This document shows positions 14,078-27,636 of a DNA stretch of 64,000 bases, one piece after another. The notes beneath the pieces are model-generated. The model worked only from the letters and a program-made list of their open reading frames with translations. It did no database searches and was not told where the DNA came from. The DNA comes from Octopus bimaculoides (taxonomy: Eukaryota). Made by a program: the position numbers and the translations under genes. Numbering within the stretch: the first letter of the stretch is position 1; the number at the start of each line of letters is the position of its first letter. The stretch covers positions 50,168,671 to 50,232,670 of the forward strand of contig NC_068998.1 of the NCBI RefSeq assembly GCF_001194135.2, written 5' to 3'.

Positions 14078-15375
14078 NNNNNNNNNNNNNNNNNNNNNNN
14101 NNNNNNNNNNNNNNNNNNNNNNNNNNNNNNNNNNNNNNNNNNNNNNNNNNNNNNNNNNNNNNNNNNNNNNNNNNNNNNNNNNNNNNNNNNNNNNNNNNNN
14201 NNNNNNNNNNNNNNNNNNNNNNNNNNNNNNNNNNNNNNNNNNNNNNNNNNNNNNNNNNNNNNNNNNNNNNNNNNNNNNNNNNNNNNNNNNNNNNNNNNNN
14301 NNNNNNNNNNNNNNNNNNNNNNNNNNNNNNNNNNNNNNNNNNNNNNNNNNNNNNNNNNNNNNNNNNNNNNNNNNNNNNNNNNNNNNNNNNNNNNNNNNNN
14401 NNNNNNNNNNNNNNNNNNNNNNNNNNNNNNNNNNNNNNNNNNNNNNNNNNNNNNNNNNNNNNNNNNNNNNNNNNNNNNNNNNNNNNNNNNNNNNNNNNNN
14501 NNNNNNNNNNNNNNNNNNNNNNNNNNNNNNNNNNNNNNNNNNNNNNNNNNNNNNNNNNNNNNNNNNNNNNNNNNNNNNNNNNNNNNNNNNNNNNNNNNNN
14601 NNNNNNNNNNNNNNNNNNNNNNNNNNNNNNNNNNNNNNNNNNNNNNNNNNNNNNNNNNNNNNNNNNNNNNNNNNNNNNNNNNNNNNNNNNNNNNNNNNNN
14701 NNNNNNNNNNNNNNNNNNNNNNNNNNNNNNNNNNNNNNNNNNNNNNNNNNNNNNNNNNNNNNNNNNNNNNNNNNNNNNNNNNNNNNNNNNNNNNNNNNNN
14801 NNNNNNNNNNNNNNNNNNNNNNNNNNNNNNNNNNNNNNNNNNNNNNNNNNNNNNNNNNNNNNNNNTATATATATATAAGGTTCTCCAATCAGCATTCACG
14901 TATTTATTTAATTTCTCTTTCTGTGTGGTCTTATTGATGATGCTACTCTACCGAAGGTGGACCCATTTTGCTATCCTGAAGCACAATCTGCTTTCGGACG
15001 AAGAGCAAGCATTCAAATTTACGTTTATCAAGCCCTCTACGTACTCAAACTGATTGGTCTTAGTACTGAACCCTTTATCGGCGCCATATCAGAGAAAGTA
15101 TCCTTCGTCTCACGCGGAAGGACAATGTGCCTCACACCAAAATCCTTTTGAGATCTGGGATCTACAACCGGATGGCGTTTCAATATTGCATGAAAAGAGA
15201 TGGTCATTTAATATGACATAAATATCATTAATATAGAGATGCATACAATTGTATGTCATACAATACATCAAACTTTATAGTCCTGTTATGTTGGCCGACA
15301 TCTCTGAGAATGCTTTGTCACTGAATTTAGTAAAGTATCGTTCAGAGAACATATTAACTTTTACTGAAAAGAAAC

Positions 15376-16501
15376 ATGAAATTTTTCGTCATCCCTTTCT
15401 ACCTTATTCATGGTAAGTATTCATATTATTTTTTTTATCGAAGAAAATATTCCAAATGATGAAATATATGTTACCTTATTTCTCTTTTTCGCTTTATCCT
15501 CTCGCACTCACCCTCTTTATATGTATTTACAGACGCATATACATATATGTCTGTGTGTAACATAATATATACGATTATATATACACGACGGGCTTCTTTC
15601 AGGTTCCGTCTCCCAAATCTACTCACAATGCCTCGCTCGGCTCGAGGATACAACAGTAGTCTCTCTCCGGGCGGATCGAACTCAGAACAATGCGGTAGGG
15701 ATGCAAGCTAATATATATATATATATATATATATANNNNNNNNNNNNNNNNNNNNNNNNNNNNNNNNNNNNNNNNNNNNNNNNNNNNNNNNNNNNNNNNN
15801 NNNNNNNNNNNNNNNNNNNNNNNNNNNNNNNNNNNNNNNNAGTATATACATACATACATACATATATATATATATGTATGTATGTATGTATATACTCATT
15901 TAATTCGGGAAAGTCAAAACCTCCTTAGGAATTATGGACTCCAAGGTATCCCACTGGTTTAATCTCTATCATACAATAAGGCATTGGTATATCTTTAGGA
16001 TTATTGAAATTTTCAATATTGAGGGAAAACGAGAAGAAAATGAAGAATAAATGGATGTAATTGCTGATGTATTTGCGTGTTATAAAAAGATGGCTATTTT
16101 CTTAAAGAATGTTATCTTATCTTTATGAATAACCACAACTAAAATTGACATCATTAATGTATGTAATATTGAAATAAACACTGACTTACCTGGAATATAC
16201 TCAGATATAAATACTGGAAAGAAATTACCAGAAGCCCCTATGTGCCAATACAAAATCAAAAGTAATTTTAAAATTTTAGGTGTGGAGGTGAACGAGACTC
16301 AGTGTCCTCATTTAGCAAAGACAGGCTGTGGTTTCTCCACTGGGCCTCTACGTACTTGCGAAGATAATATAAAGTTATGCAGGTAACTACCCGTGCACTA
16401 TATTACCACTCAGTATCTATTATTCCCTTCTCGTTGTCTATTGTTGTATATCTCCCTCTATTGCTTTCTCACACACACACGCGCACACACACACACACAC
16501 A

Positions 16502-16568
<67 letters not shown>

Positions 16569-18696
16569 ACACACATATATATATATATTACTATTTTCAG
16601 TAATTACACTGTAGCTATGTTCGTTCACAGCCTCAACCACCGTGCTTATTGATTATATCCTAGTACTTATTCTATTGTTGTTTGGCTGAACTGCTAAATT
16701 ACAGGGACGTAACAACTTAACACCGGTTGTCAAAAGGTGGTCAGGTCAAGCACTCTATAATACAATGAAACAAGCTAAACAAAATTGACAGGATTATATG
16801 TCAGAGGTAGTCGAACGTCAAGGAATGAATATTAAACAGAAAACTTATTTTATAAGTAGAAGGCACTCAATATTTGTTTTGCCTAACTATCTTGGTCCCT
16901 CAGCGAGTTTACATCCCAGCGGTGCAACCTGCGAAGCACATGTAAATCAATTGCCAAGCATTATGTTCCGGCACTTAGCCAACGAAGTAATTCAATAATT
17001 CTATCTGAAGAGCTTTTAATTCTTCTAAAATGCTACCAAAATGAGAATATAATCCGATTTAGATTTTATTTCACAATACTTGTTCATTTATTCGATTATA
17101 TTTTCTAGTTAATGATTATTTTGCAGATTATTTGGAAAGAAAGCGAAATGCATTTTTGGAACGATAGATGAATGCAATAGATTCTTCAGATTCTACTATT
17201 ACCATGTGTGTCTTGTAAGCTACCTTTATTGTGTTGATATAATTTGTACAACTAGATAGTTTCAGAAATAATTTCCATATCATATACATCTTACACCATT
17301 ACCTAATAATAATGCAAAAATTGATTACTTTTCCCCATGTCCCTTAGCTTCACAAATATGAAAAGTAATCAAATATTATTGTAGGCATTATTATGGAATT
17401 TTGTAAGATTGATCGTTTAAATTGAAGAAGTAAAATAAAAAGCCCGCTGTATCCTTCTAAAATTGTTATTACAAAAATCTGGAGTTTATAGAGGATTTCC
17501 AAACATTTATATAGTAGTAAGAACGATCTTCAGAAAACACACTATTCTCTTAGAAAGTACCTGCGGATAAGCTTAATATCCTAATAAATATATATATTCC
17601 TTTGATCAACGCCGATATCTACCTATCTATCTTTGTGTGTCTGTGTGCGTGTATGTGTGTGTAGAATACTTTCTGAATGCATTAATTCCTTGATTTTAGG
17701 TAAACGATATTTTAAGATGCCCAGGCACTTGGAATAAGGTTAGTATTGATATCACCGCATTTTTTAATTGTATGCCACTGAATTCTCATAATTTTGTTCC
17801 TTCAGTATAACTGAATAGAAAGCCAGGTATTAGATTATAAAGTCGAAATTAGTAAGTAATTAGTAATTGTAAATGCAGATAGAAGGAATTTACTGTAGCA
17901 TGGTTGGATTACAGAAAAGTATATGACACGAGTTCAAACAGCTGCATACGTAACACAATGAAAATATTTGGAGCGTCTGAAAGTATTGGGAAAATGGATA
18001 AAGAAATCATGATATATTAGAGTACAGAAATGATTGGAGGAAAACAGAATTCTGAAATCTGGGAAAGTGAACATCGGATGTGATATATTTTAAGTTGATA
18101 GCTTATGTCCCTTATTTTTGTATGTGTCATGATATACCTCAGATTGATAGTACAAGAAATCAAACTGATTTCCGATTTGGGAAAAGGATATGACCAGAAA
18201 AATTATCTCCTTTTTATCTATAAGAGTCTTGTGCATATTGTTCCTATTTTCTCAAATGATATAGGTAGAGAATTTTGGGATTGAAAATGAGTGATATCAA
18301 TAATGAAACGAAAAACATTTCAAGAAAGACAAAAAATTGAAATGCCAAATGTGCAAAAATGGCAAACAAAAATGAACAGTAGTGTACGTATTTCAAAATA
18401 ATAGACGGAGATGAAATAAATCATTAAGAAACGAAGGATATTTCCCGTAGAGAGTATACAGGGCGACTGAGAAATTTATTAGACAACGATAACACAGATT
18501 TAATAAATATTCTAATGCTCTTGTTATTTGTGAATAATCGAAACGTTAAACTGAATATTGATGTAAGTAACCTAAGTCACAAGAAACTCACAATTAGGAA
18601 GATGTTAATATAGCGGTTGTACTATTATCTTTACAGGTCTCAACAGTTTCACTATGGCTGAATACAGTTGTTTTTGAATTGCTCGTGGATTTTTGA
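15376..18696 (+). CDS. Gene C: 108-aa divergent 8-Cys member
   Basis: Exons 15376-15412, 16280-16382, 17127-17214, 17700-17738, 18637-18696. MKFFVIPFYLIHG-VEVNETQCPHLAKTGCGFSTGPLRTCEDNIKLCR-LFGKKAKCIFGTIDECNRFFRFYYYHVCL-VNDILRCPGTWNK-VSTVSLWLNTVVFELLVDF*. Exons 1-3 are well supported. The last two were chosen by phase, length (39 and 60 nt) and splice signals and are less certain. Confidence 0.72.
15586..15700 (-). mobile_element. SINE-like interspersed repeat fragment (family 2)
   Basis: ACGGGCTTCTTTCAG..TCCGTCT.CCAAAT and its continuation recur at ~37210, ~60910 and ~30115. Confidence 0.55.
17860..18480 (+). mobile_element. Decayed non-LTR retrotransposon RT fragment in gene C intron 4
   Basis: Translation AWLDYRKVYD... 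and ...IF*VDSLCPL resembles the RT motifs 'WIDYKKAYD' and 'GIFQGDSLSP'. Many stops. Confidence 0.6.
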
Positions 18697-20074
18697 ATAC
18701 ATCACGTTAGATGAATATGTTATTTACATTTTCTTCTTCATCAAGCTCACAGTTTCACATCTGGCATTTGAAACAACACACAGATATGGCAGATCATTCT
18801 TTTACTGCTTTGCAAGTCCTTCTCTTGTATGATTTTCCATTATTTCAGGTCTATCAGTTCACAGGAATAGAAGAAATAATGATCTCACTATTGCACCGAG
18901 CATCCATTCTCATTCTTTCAAGTGCATCTTGAAGTCGTCAATAAATCTTGCAGTATTATCATTGTTCACATGGTTTTTTTTTCCAGCAAAATGTACTCAA
19001 GATTAAAATGGTATAAAGTGGTGGAGCGGCCCACATCTCGCCTGGGGGTGTCCGCCACAACATTTCTACACTTAGTTTCACTTTCATTATGAAATGTCAT
19101 TTGAAAAATCAATTTATGGGAAAAAAAAAAATGAGAGAAAATTACACATGAAATGCAAGAAATATGTTACAAATTAGGAAATCTCCAAAAAATCAAGATG
19201 GCTAAAAGCTTATCGTTGTCGACTCTATATACAGGATATACAGCTATGTATATCGTGGAACATAGGATATACTCAGTTTATACAGCGCGTATGCAACAAA
19301 GTAACAATGAATATACCTATCCAACTGAAATCATCTCGTCTTATATCTTTCTGATAAATATATCTCTCTTTCAAAGAGACTTTTCTCGTTGTAATTTATA
19401 TATTTTGTACTATTAGGCAGTACAGTTCGTCACAAAAGTTTATCTTAACGTATGACATGAAACAAAGTTAAGAAAGTAGGGCTATAACAAACTTGAGGAG
19501 AGCAAATTTTATATTTTCAAGTGATTGTCTTAAAACTAAGGTGTGCGTCTGGTATCAGAAAAGCTGAGCCCGAACGATTCCATTCAGAATGGCTAAAGAA
19601 GGAATAAGTCAGGTCATCAGCATTCAAGTGATATTGATCAGGATAAAGAATATTTTGGAAAAGCTTGAAACTTGATTATTCAAGAAGAGAAGTTCATATT
19701 GATGAAATACAGAAAAATGTATAAAATGTAGGGTCAACTATTTTACACACAGTAAGAAAGGGATATATGAGATATTAAGAAGAATTTCAGATACCAATAT
19801 TTGACTTTAAGCAGAGAATGTAATCATTATAAAAGACATCTCAAAGAAATCATAACGTACACATTGCTGAGAAATCAGTATTGTGTCCCTAAATTATTGA
19901 ATTGCTTTTAGGTTAATTTAATTCAAACTTCACAAAAGACAGAATTTAAGTGTTATGAATTTCACAATATAACATAATATTCTGTCTCAATGAAGCAAAA
20001 CGAGAAACAAATTATATTTCTCTAACGTTGTATAAATACATCAGATGTGCTGATATGTGAAGTTATCAGTCGAA

Positions 20075-20310
20075 GAGGTCCTGGATAGTTGAGGAAACAG
20101 TCTGTTCGTAGGTCGGCGTGGGGTCAGAGAGCAGAGGGCAGTAGAAAGAGATGTCTTGAATTTGGCGGATAGCTTCCGCGCGCCACACCACCACGGTTGT
20201 CGGCCGGTTTCATGATGATGTCAGTGCGGTGTCGGAGATGTCGAAGGGCCGAGAGTACGGTTGGGGAGATGTTCAGATGACGGGGACACCTGGACAAGTT
20301 AAACCGGTCC
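20075..20310 (-). mobile_element. Penelope-like element fragment
   Basis: ORF 20124-20312 (NISPTVLSALRHLRHRTDIIMKPADNRGG) resembles the 'IVIKPADKGG' motif of Penelope-like RTs. Confidence 0.6.
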
Positions 20311-20984
20311 ACAGTATACTATAATTTGAAGCTAATTTAACTGCATCTTAACTATATTGNNNNNNNNNNNNNNNNNNNNNNNNNNNNNNNNNNNNNNNNN
20401 NNNNNNNNNNNNNNNNNNNNNNNNNNNNNNNNNNNNNNNNNNNNNNNNNNNNNNNNNNNNNNNNNNNNNNNNNNNNNNNNNNNNNNNNNNNNNNNNNNNN
20501 NNNNNNNNNNNNNNNNNNTATATATATACATACATACATACATACATACATGCATACATACATACGTGTTCATATGTATTATGTGTGTGTGTATGTGTTC
20601 TGAAAAACTACACATATACCTTCTATATTATAAAGAACTTATTTGAATTTATATGGCATGTATTTATCACATTTATGCTAGGAGCATTAGTGATGAAGCA
20701 TATGAGTGTACAATGGATAGGAAATATATATGTTACTCAGCAAATTTTGTAATACCCAGTGAAACATTAATTTCCGACAGCAGAAATGAATGTTTAAGAA
20801 GTAGGACATAAAATTTAAGACGTCAAACAATTCACAATACTAATAAAAATAATCCTTGAATTAATAAACTACAAAAGTCCTAGGTAACATATGTTACAGC
20901 GTATATGGATCTTAAAATAAAACCATTAAAGAATGTGTAAAAACAGTTACATCTACGGATTACCGTGAGGAAAAGGGAACAATC

Positions 20985-21820
20985 ATGATGAAACTTATAT
21001 TTATATATCTTCTTCTCATTGGTATGTAGTCACAGCAAAATAATTTTCTTGTTATATGTCTGGGCAACGATATATCGATAACACTGAGTAACGGGATTTT
21101 TGATATTGAGTTACAACTTTTATTTCCTGTATGCATTCCCTTAGAAAGTATCAAATATGGCTATTTCCTTAAAGGTTCTTTTGTTACGTTTATTCAAAAC
21201 CCTCTCCACACATGGCTCTAATGCTTCCCCACGCCACTTGCTCATGACCAGATATGCACATAGTTTCAGGCACCGAGGTAGATATGCTGTAATGAATTAT
21301 AAATGTCAATCAAATGACAATTTAAAATATGTTACTTAGCAGAATAGATCTGTGTCTCGTTTAAGCGAAAACATTGTGTTAGAAAAACACTGCCTTGATT
21401 TTGTAGTAATAAATAGGAGGTACTTATGCAAAATATACCTGGACAACTTTATAATCACTAATGTCATATAGTTTAGAGAATGATTTTTAAACGTATTTAT
21501 TCAGTGTATGAAAAATGACATGCTAATTTCCAATTTGTAGGTGAAGTACTTAGCAACGATAGGTGCGTCAGATTAGCGAGAAAATTTTGCAAACGTTACT
21601 ATGTGGAGTATGAAAAAAATAGCCTCATGTGCAAGTAAGTATAACATTTCTACAATGAAAGCTATTAGAAAATGTATGTATGTATGTATGTATATATATA
21701 TATATATGTGTGTGTGTGCGTGTGTGTGTGTGTGTTTGTGTGCATGTGTGTGTTTGTGTGTGTGTGTGAGTGTACGTTGACGCACGTATGTTAGCGAGTG
21801 TAAGTATACACACTCTTATG

Positions 21821-21852
<32 letters not shown>

Positions 21853-24710
21853 ACATCCATAGGTGTATATTTATAAAAATATATCGGCATATAATTTATG
21901 CGCAAGTATAAGCACGTGCCTACAGATGTATATGTGTGCGTCTATGTGTCTCTGTGTGTCTGTGTGTATGTGTGTCTGTGTATGTGTGTCTGTGTATGTC
22001 CGTGTGTCTGTGTATGTGTTTACGTATTTATATAATGTCTGTAAATATACACACACGCAAATGTACGAGGGGAAATTTAGCATTATCCGCACTTTCTTCA
22101 TAACATATCTTTATTATTGTCACATTGTCTACTGCGCATGTGTGCTCATAGTAAGTACTATTGTAGACACGTGATCGATTTCAGAGCGTGATCACGCCAT
22201 TTTTCTCTCTGGTTTTACAGTGTAAGCATGGACGCTCCACTAACAATGTGCCCCTAAGAAGAACAACAGCAGTTATCCGATTTGTCTGTTGCTGAAATAT
22301 ATTAGAGGCTTTTAGCTCAATATGGGCATAGTACAGTACCGCGTAGAGTGTGTATGAGTGGATCGAGAAATTTAAAAGTGGGCGCAAAAGTGTGACGCAC
22401 GAACAGGGAGAATAACGCCCGCCGACTTCTACAACTGACGAGAAGATTCAGCAAACCCGAGAGTTTGTAATGGTGAACCTGCGAGGTATTATCGATGAGG
22501 TGGCTCGTTCACTGAAAATTCGTCATGGTTTTACTGGAAGACTAACTGAAAAAAGTGTGTACGATCAACAGTGCAAGATACATTGCTTTGCAGAGGCCAG
22601 CCATTTGCACTAAAAGCCGAACTCTATGTCGAAAGCATTTTGTTGTTGCGCGGCAATACACGAAATTTCTATATTTTGCTGAGGCCTACAACGATTTCAG
22701 TATCAAAAGCATGTAAAAGGTAGAGACAATAGTATGTTACCAACTTGTCAAAATACACACTTTAAGGTATTTTTCATACGAATTATGAGACTGTTGTTAT
22801 CTGAAGCTGTAGTGAAATTGTATTTGCTACGCCGTTTATATCATTATAATACAGCGTTTGTAAACAAACCAGAAAAGTTCCTTGTCATTTACGGAGAGTA
22901 AGCTACTATGGAAGAATCGTAGTATAATATTAAACAATTATTATTATACTATGACTCTTCCATAGTAGCTTTCTCTCTGTACCTTACAAAGCCTTTGTGA
23001 ATTATTTACAAATATTATATGTAGCATTAGACAGTTTAAGTATATATTCAATGAATTTGCCTGAAATCGATGGTTGGACGTTTGGTCCAATCGGATCCGC
23101 GAGGAGCCATTTTAGTGATGGGTTCGATTCTTACTAGGTTTAGTCCACCTTTTTTCGGTCATTTATTTTGTATTTATAAATTGTCGCTTCAAATCAGAGA
23201 ATATATATATTAATATACGGTTATCTGTCTCATGAAAACGTTTGAGGATAATTTTTTTTTTTTTTGTTTTTCAGGAGTTACAAAGATTTTCTTGATTGTT
23301 TTCTTTTACATGATGATATTTGTTATGAAAACTTTAAAACCATGCACAAGTGTTCCGTAAGTTATTTATTATTAAAGTTTTGTTGGAGGTCGAGTATATG
23401 ACATAGAATTAAAGAAACCAGATGTATGAAATCTCTGTCTTTTTTTTTTTTTGATGTTTTGTTGAAATCAGGCATCAACAACAGAAAGGCCACATTAAAA
23501 ACGTCCCCAGTTTTCTATGCTAATATTGTTAACATCTTTATTTTCAAATTAGCACGAAAGACCGATAGATTATTTAGTCAAAAAGGCAGGTGTCTCTGCT
23601 AGGCATTCTACAAGCATTATTAATCCAACTAATGAAGCTCTTTCGAAAATAGTTAATTAACTAATAATAATGAAAACGATTAGCCCCCGCTCTCAAAATT
23701 TCAATCACCGTGCCTTAAGATTAGTGCATTGTTATTATCCTTATGATTAATATTGCATCTGCTAATTATGTTTTACATTATATTGCGTCATTAATTAATA
23801 TATGACATAACATAACGGCTGTTTCATGAGGCGTTGTGTTTACATACTTTACATACATTATCACTAATCACAAAGTGTATATTACTAGCAATGTTATAAT
23901 TGTGTATGCTGAAATCCAGGTTAAATTCATAGACTTGTACTTGTGACGATATACCGAATACAAATTTGTTTCAGATTTATACTTTAACGAGATATTACGT
24001 TTTTATTTTAGCATCCGGCAGAACATGAATCTAGTAGCAAAGATAAGGTACGTGATTTCATCGCAATTGCTAGATCAGCACTTTAACTGCAGTATCAATG
24101 ATAACGTTTGTATTTACACCTGCATAAATAGTGTAACATAACTGCTTAGTATATTATACACAGAATATCATTGCATTACTGATTATTATTCTTTGAAATA
24201 TTTGATAAACCATCTAATAACTTCCCTAGCGTATTATGACAACATAAACATATCCATTAGTGCTTGTAGTAATATTATTAACCACTGCGAAGCTATTACA
24301 ATAGCAGTCCTAGGGGAAACTCGGAATCAATGTGATGCATGCACCTTATGGTAATTGTCACAAACATATATGCAGCAACACATGTAGAATTTTCATAACA
24401 TTATTAGAACACGACAGGTAAACATTTGTTAATCAAATGTGCACATATGGTCAATTTTATTTCATCATTTATTACGTAGGGGCAAAAGTTTTGTTCCACT
24501 AGCTACAGCGTGGAATTTGTCACTCTTTAACACATTTAGTTTTAAAATACGATTTCAGAACAAATGTCTTACTCTGGAAATACATTTCATAAATATACTT
24601 TCCTTGAACATGTATTAAAGTCTTCTACAGTTTTTCTGTTCTCGTTACAGGCGAAATATGGATCAGTAATCATTACTGCATTTGTAGGTATATTTTTCAT
24701 GCATAACTGA
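20985..24710 (+). CDS. Gene D: 102-aa 6-Cys GPI-like protein
   Basis: Exons 20985-21021, 21541-21634, 23275-23356, 24012-24047, 24651-24710. MMKLIFIYLLLIG-EVLSNDRCVRLARKFCKRYYVEYEKNSLMCK-SYKDFLDCFLLHDDICYENFKTMHKCS-HPAEHESSSKDK-AKYGSVIITAFVGIFFMHN*. AATAAA at 24838. Confidence 0.9.
22064..22545 (+). mobile_element. Tc1/mariner remnant (5' end and HTH region) in gene D intron 2
   Basis: Starts TACGAGGG. Encodes VYEWIEKFKSGRKSVTHEQGE*RPPTSTTDEKIQQTREFV...IIDEVARSL, like a mariner transposase N-terminus. Confidence 0.7.
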
Positions 24711-25219
24711 ATAGGTTGAACGCTATCATAAAAAAATATACCTGCGTTATTTTGAGGTGGAAATCATGTATCTCTGAAACAAGTCATCAGAAGATATTGA
24801 CCTAAACATTTGAAATTTTTCTTTCTATTTTACTTCTAATAAATCATGAACATAAATATCTACGTAATTTTGTTATTCCTTTATCACACCCAACGAAACA
24901 GCAGCCGCCATACTGAAGAACAGTTTATATAATGCGCTCTAGTTATATAGTACAAAGCTTTTCCCGAGCGAGGATTTTCAATGTCACTTCCCTCATTTGC
25001 ATTTCTTGATGGGATGTCGGTTGGTCTGGAAGCATGGATTCCAGTTTAGACTTAAAATCATTAACGTTCCCTCCATGTATATTATTCAGTTTCTGTCCCA
25101 ATGCATCGGACGTTTGCTGTTAATTAACAACTGCATATGTATTTTATTAAAATAATGGTTTCAAAATAAGAAAATGTTTACTTACATTGTTACATATAGC
25201 AATGTTTTCTACTATAGTC

Positions 25220-25410
25220 ACAAGGCGTGAAATTTGGGGGCGGGGGATAATCGATTATATCAACCCCAGTGTTCAACTGGTACTTAATTTTTCGACCCCG
25301 AAAGGACGAAAGGCAAAGTCGACCTCAGTGGAATTTTATCTCAGAACGTAGCGACGCGCGAAACCCGGTAAGGACTTCTACTAGCTTGCTAGCGATTCTG
25401 CCAGCTCACC
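25220..25410 (-). mobile_element. SINE family 1 fragment
   Basis: TTCGACCCCGAAAGGACGAAAGGCAAAGTCGACCTCAGTGGAATT...CTGCCAGCTCACCG matches the 10288 copy. Confidence 0.65.
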
Positions 25411-25879
25411 GTCTATTTATTAAATATGATGATAATAATTATTATTGATGTTTGAAGCAGCCTCTTTCATTCTTGATATGTAATTCTACAACATGTAACG
25501 GTGATTGGATGATTAATAGATTGACCCCGAAATATTATTTTGGTTCGTTCATAGTGTTTTAACACTTACATACTTTTCGATCATCGCTACAAGGTAAACA
25601 TCGTTGTTTTATCAAGTGTTGGTAGATCATTGTAAATATGCAATCACAAAATTCAATTTAACCCGTACATCTGACTCTGGGCTTTCTTTGCTGGTTATAA
25701 AGTTGTGCACAAATGGTGTATAACATTTATGACCGTTAATTCAGTAACATTTCATTGATTAATCCATAAAAGGCTAGATCTTTGGAAAATATTATAAGCG
25801 GACATTTTATTTCGGACGATTGCTGACTGAGATCAAATGTAGTGTGAGTCATAAACAAACTCTATTAACTCTGGTGGAG

Positions 25880-26234
25880 TATAACTTATTCCTTTTAACA
25901 ATGCAATTCTTCTGCCTTATTAGTAGCAAATAGTTCTTCACACAGATTTATATTAATACACAGAAAAAAACACATATATGTACATGTATGTGTATATAAC
26001 TTATTCCTTTTAACAATGTAATTCTTCTGCCTTATTAGTAGCAAATAGTTCTTCACACAGATTTATATTAATACACAGAAAAAAACACATATATGTACAT
26101 GTATGTGTATATAACTTATTCCTTTTAACAATGCAATTCTTCTGCCTTATTAGTAGCAAATAGTTCTTCACACAGATTTATATTAATACACAGAAAAAAA
26201 CACATATATGTACATGTATGTGTATATAACTTAT
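25880..26234. repeat. 115-bp tandem repeat, 3 near-identical copies plus a short partial
   Basis: TATAACTTAT starts at 25880, 25995, 26110 and 26225. I found one substitution among the copies. Confidence 0.9.
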
Positions 26235-27599
26235 GTATCCATATCTATATCTCTCTGTTTCTCCCCCCTCTCTCCATCTCCCTATATTTATATAAGGATA
26301 TTCGGTATAAATTTGAGTTTGCATAAAAGGAAGACAAAACAATATTCATTATTCCAGTCAACAATAAAAGTAGTTTAAACTATCAAAAGTATCGACTAGA
26401 ATACAGTTAGGAGATAGCAGTTTAGTCTAATAGCCTCTGTCTACTTACAGCATTAAGCTTATCCAAGCTTAATACGCCAACAACCAGGGTTAAATGTAAT
26501 ACTAATGTATCCATCAATGCGGCCTTTCCTGTGTTGCTGGAAAGATCTTTGAACACCTTGATCTTGGCTCAAACCAATCTGCTGGTTGCAAGTGCGACAG
26601 TTGTGTTTCGCAAAATCATACCACACATGTTAATTCAAATCGAAAGGATTCCAGCCAGGGAAAGTAAAGTAAGCCAGAAATGGGGACTAGTGAAGTCGTA
26701 AATCTCAGAGGGATTAACAACATTCTTACCCATGTACACATGAGTAAGAATGCTGAGAGCAGAATGTGCGAGGCTCCTGTTTGTCGGCATTTGGAAAAGG
26801 ATTAACAAAAGCGATTACTTTTATGAATTTTGTCAAAAGTTTTCATCTCAAATTAGGACCTGTTTCAGAAAATCGAGTATAAATTCCATGCTCAGCACTT
26901 CGAAATTACTTAGACCTTACTGTCAAGTCTAATTTAATAGAGAAAAAAATGAATTTCGTTCACTTGGTAGGAGAACTGACAAATTGTATTCTGGTAGGTG
27001 GCATTAACTCCAAGAGAGAAATGAATGTAAATTAAAGTCAACGATACTTCAACTTCGATTTTCCACAAAACATCATTACTTACGTGATAGACAGCTGTGA
27101 AAATATATTTCTGCCAAAGTACATCAATTTTCTTAGCATATTGTCAGATAAATATGTTTGCAGACACGTACGAATAGCAGACAATATTTATGATCTATGT
27201 ATTTTCCATCAATGCAAACAGCCTGGTGACTATGTTTGTACAATAAAGAAGGATAAGACAGTATTCAGGAAAAATGATCGATTTATTGAAATATGTCCGA
27301 TTCTAGAGAGTGTGAGAGAATCGACACGAGAGATAATAGCAAGAATCAGGAATTCTCCAAAATCGTAATAACAATCGTAAATTCATATTCTGAAGTGCAG
27401 ACAAAAGGTATGCTGTCATGAAAATTACCCATCAGTACTACAACTGTCCAAATTTATATTCAGTGGGCAATTTTCTAACACATGCTTAAAGCAGCATATT
27501 AAACGCACATGCATAGAAACACACATATACAAACAAAAATATATACATACTGTATAAGCACTTAAACGTGAATGTGTCTACTTTTAAGTATATATATAT

Positions 27600-27636
<37 letters not shown>

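Noticed and set aside
24651-24687. Reading the tail exons as 37-nt internal or alternative leader exons ending at G|GTA
   Set aside because: Read-through gives a conserved hydrophobic end, a stop at the same position and a conserved AATAAA, so a terminal exon is the simpler model.
25880-26234. CRISPR-like array
   Set aside because: Contiguous tandem copies without unique spacers, in eukaryotic DNA with no cas genes.
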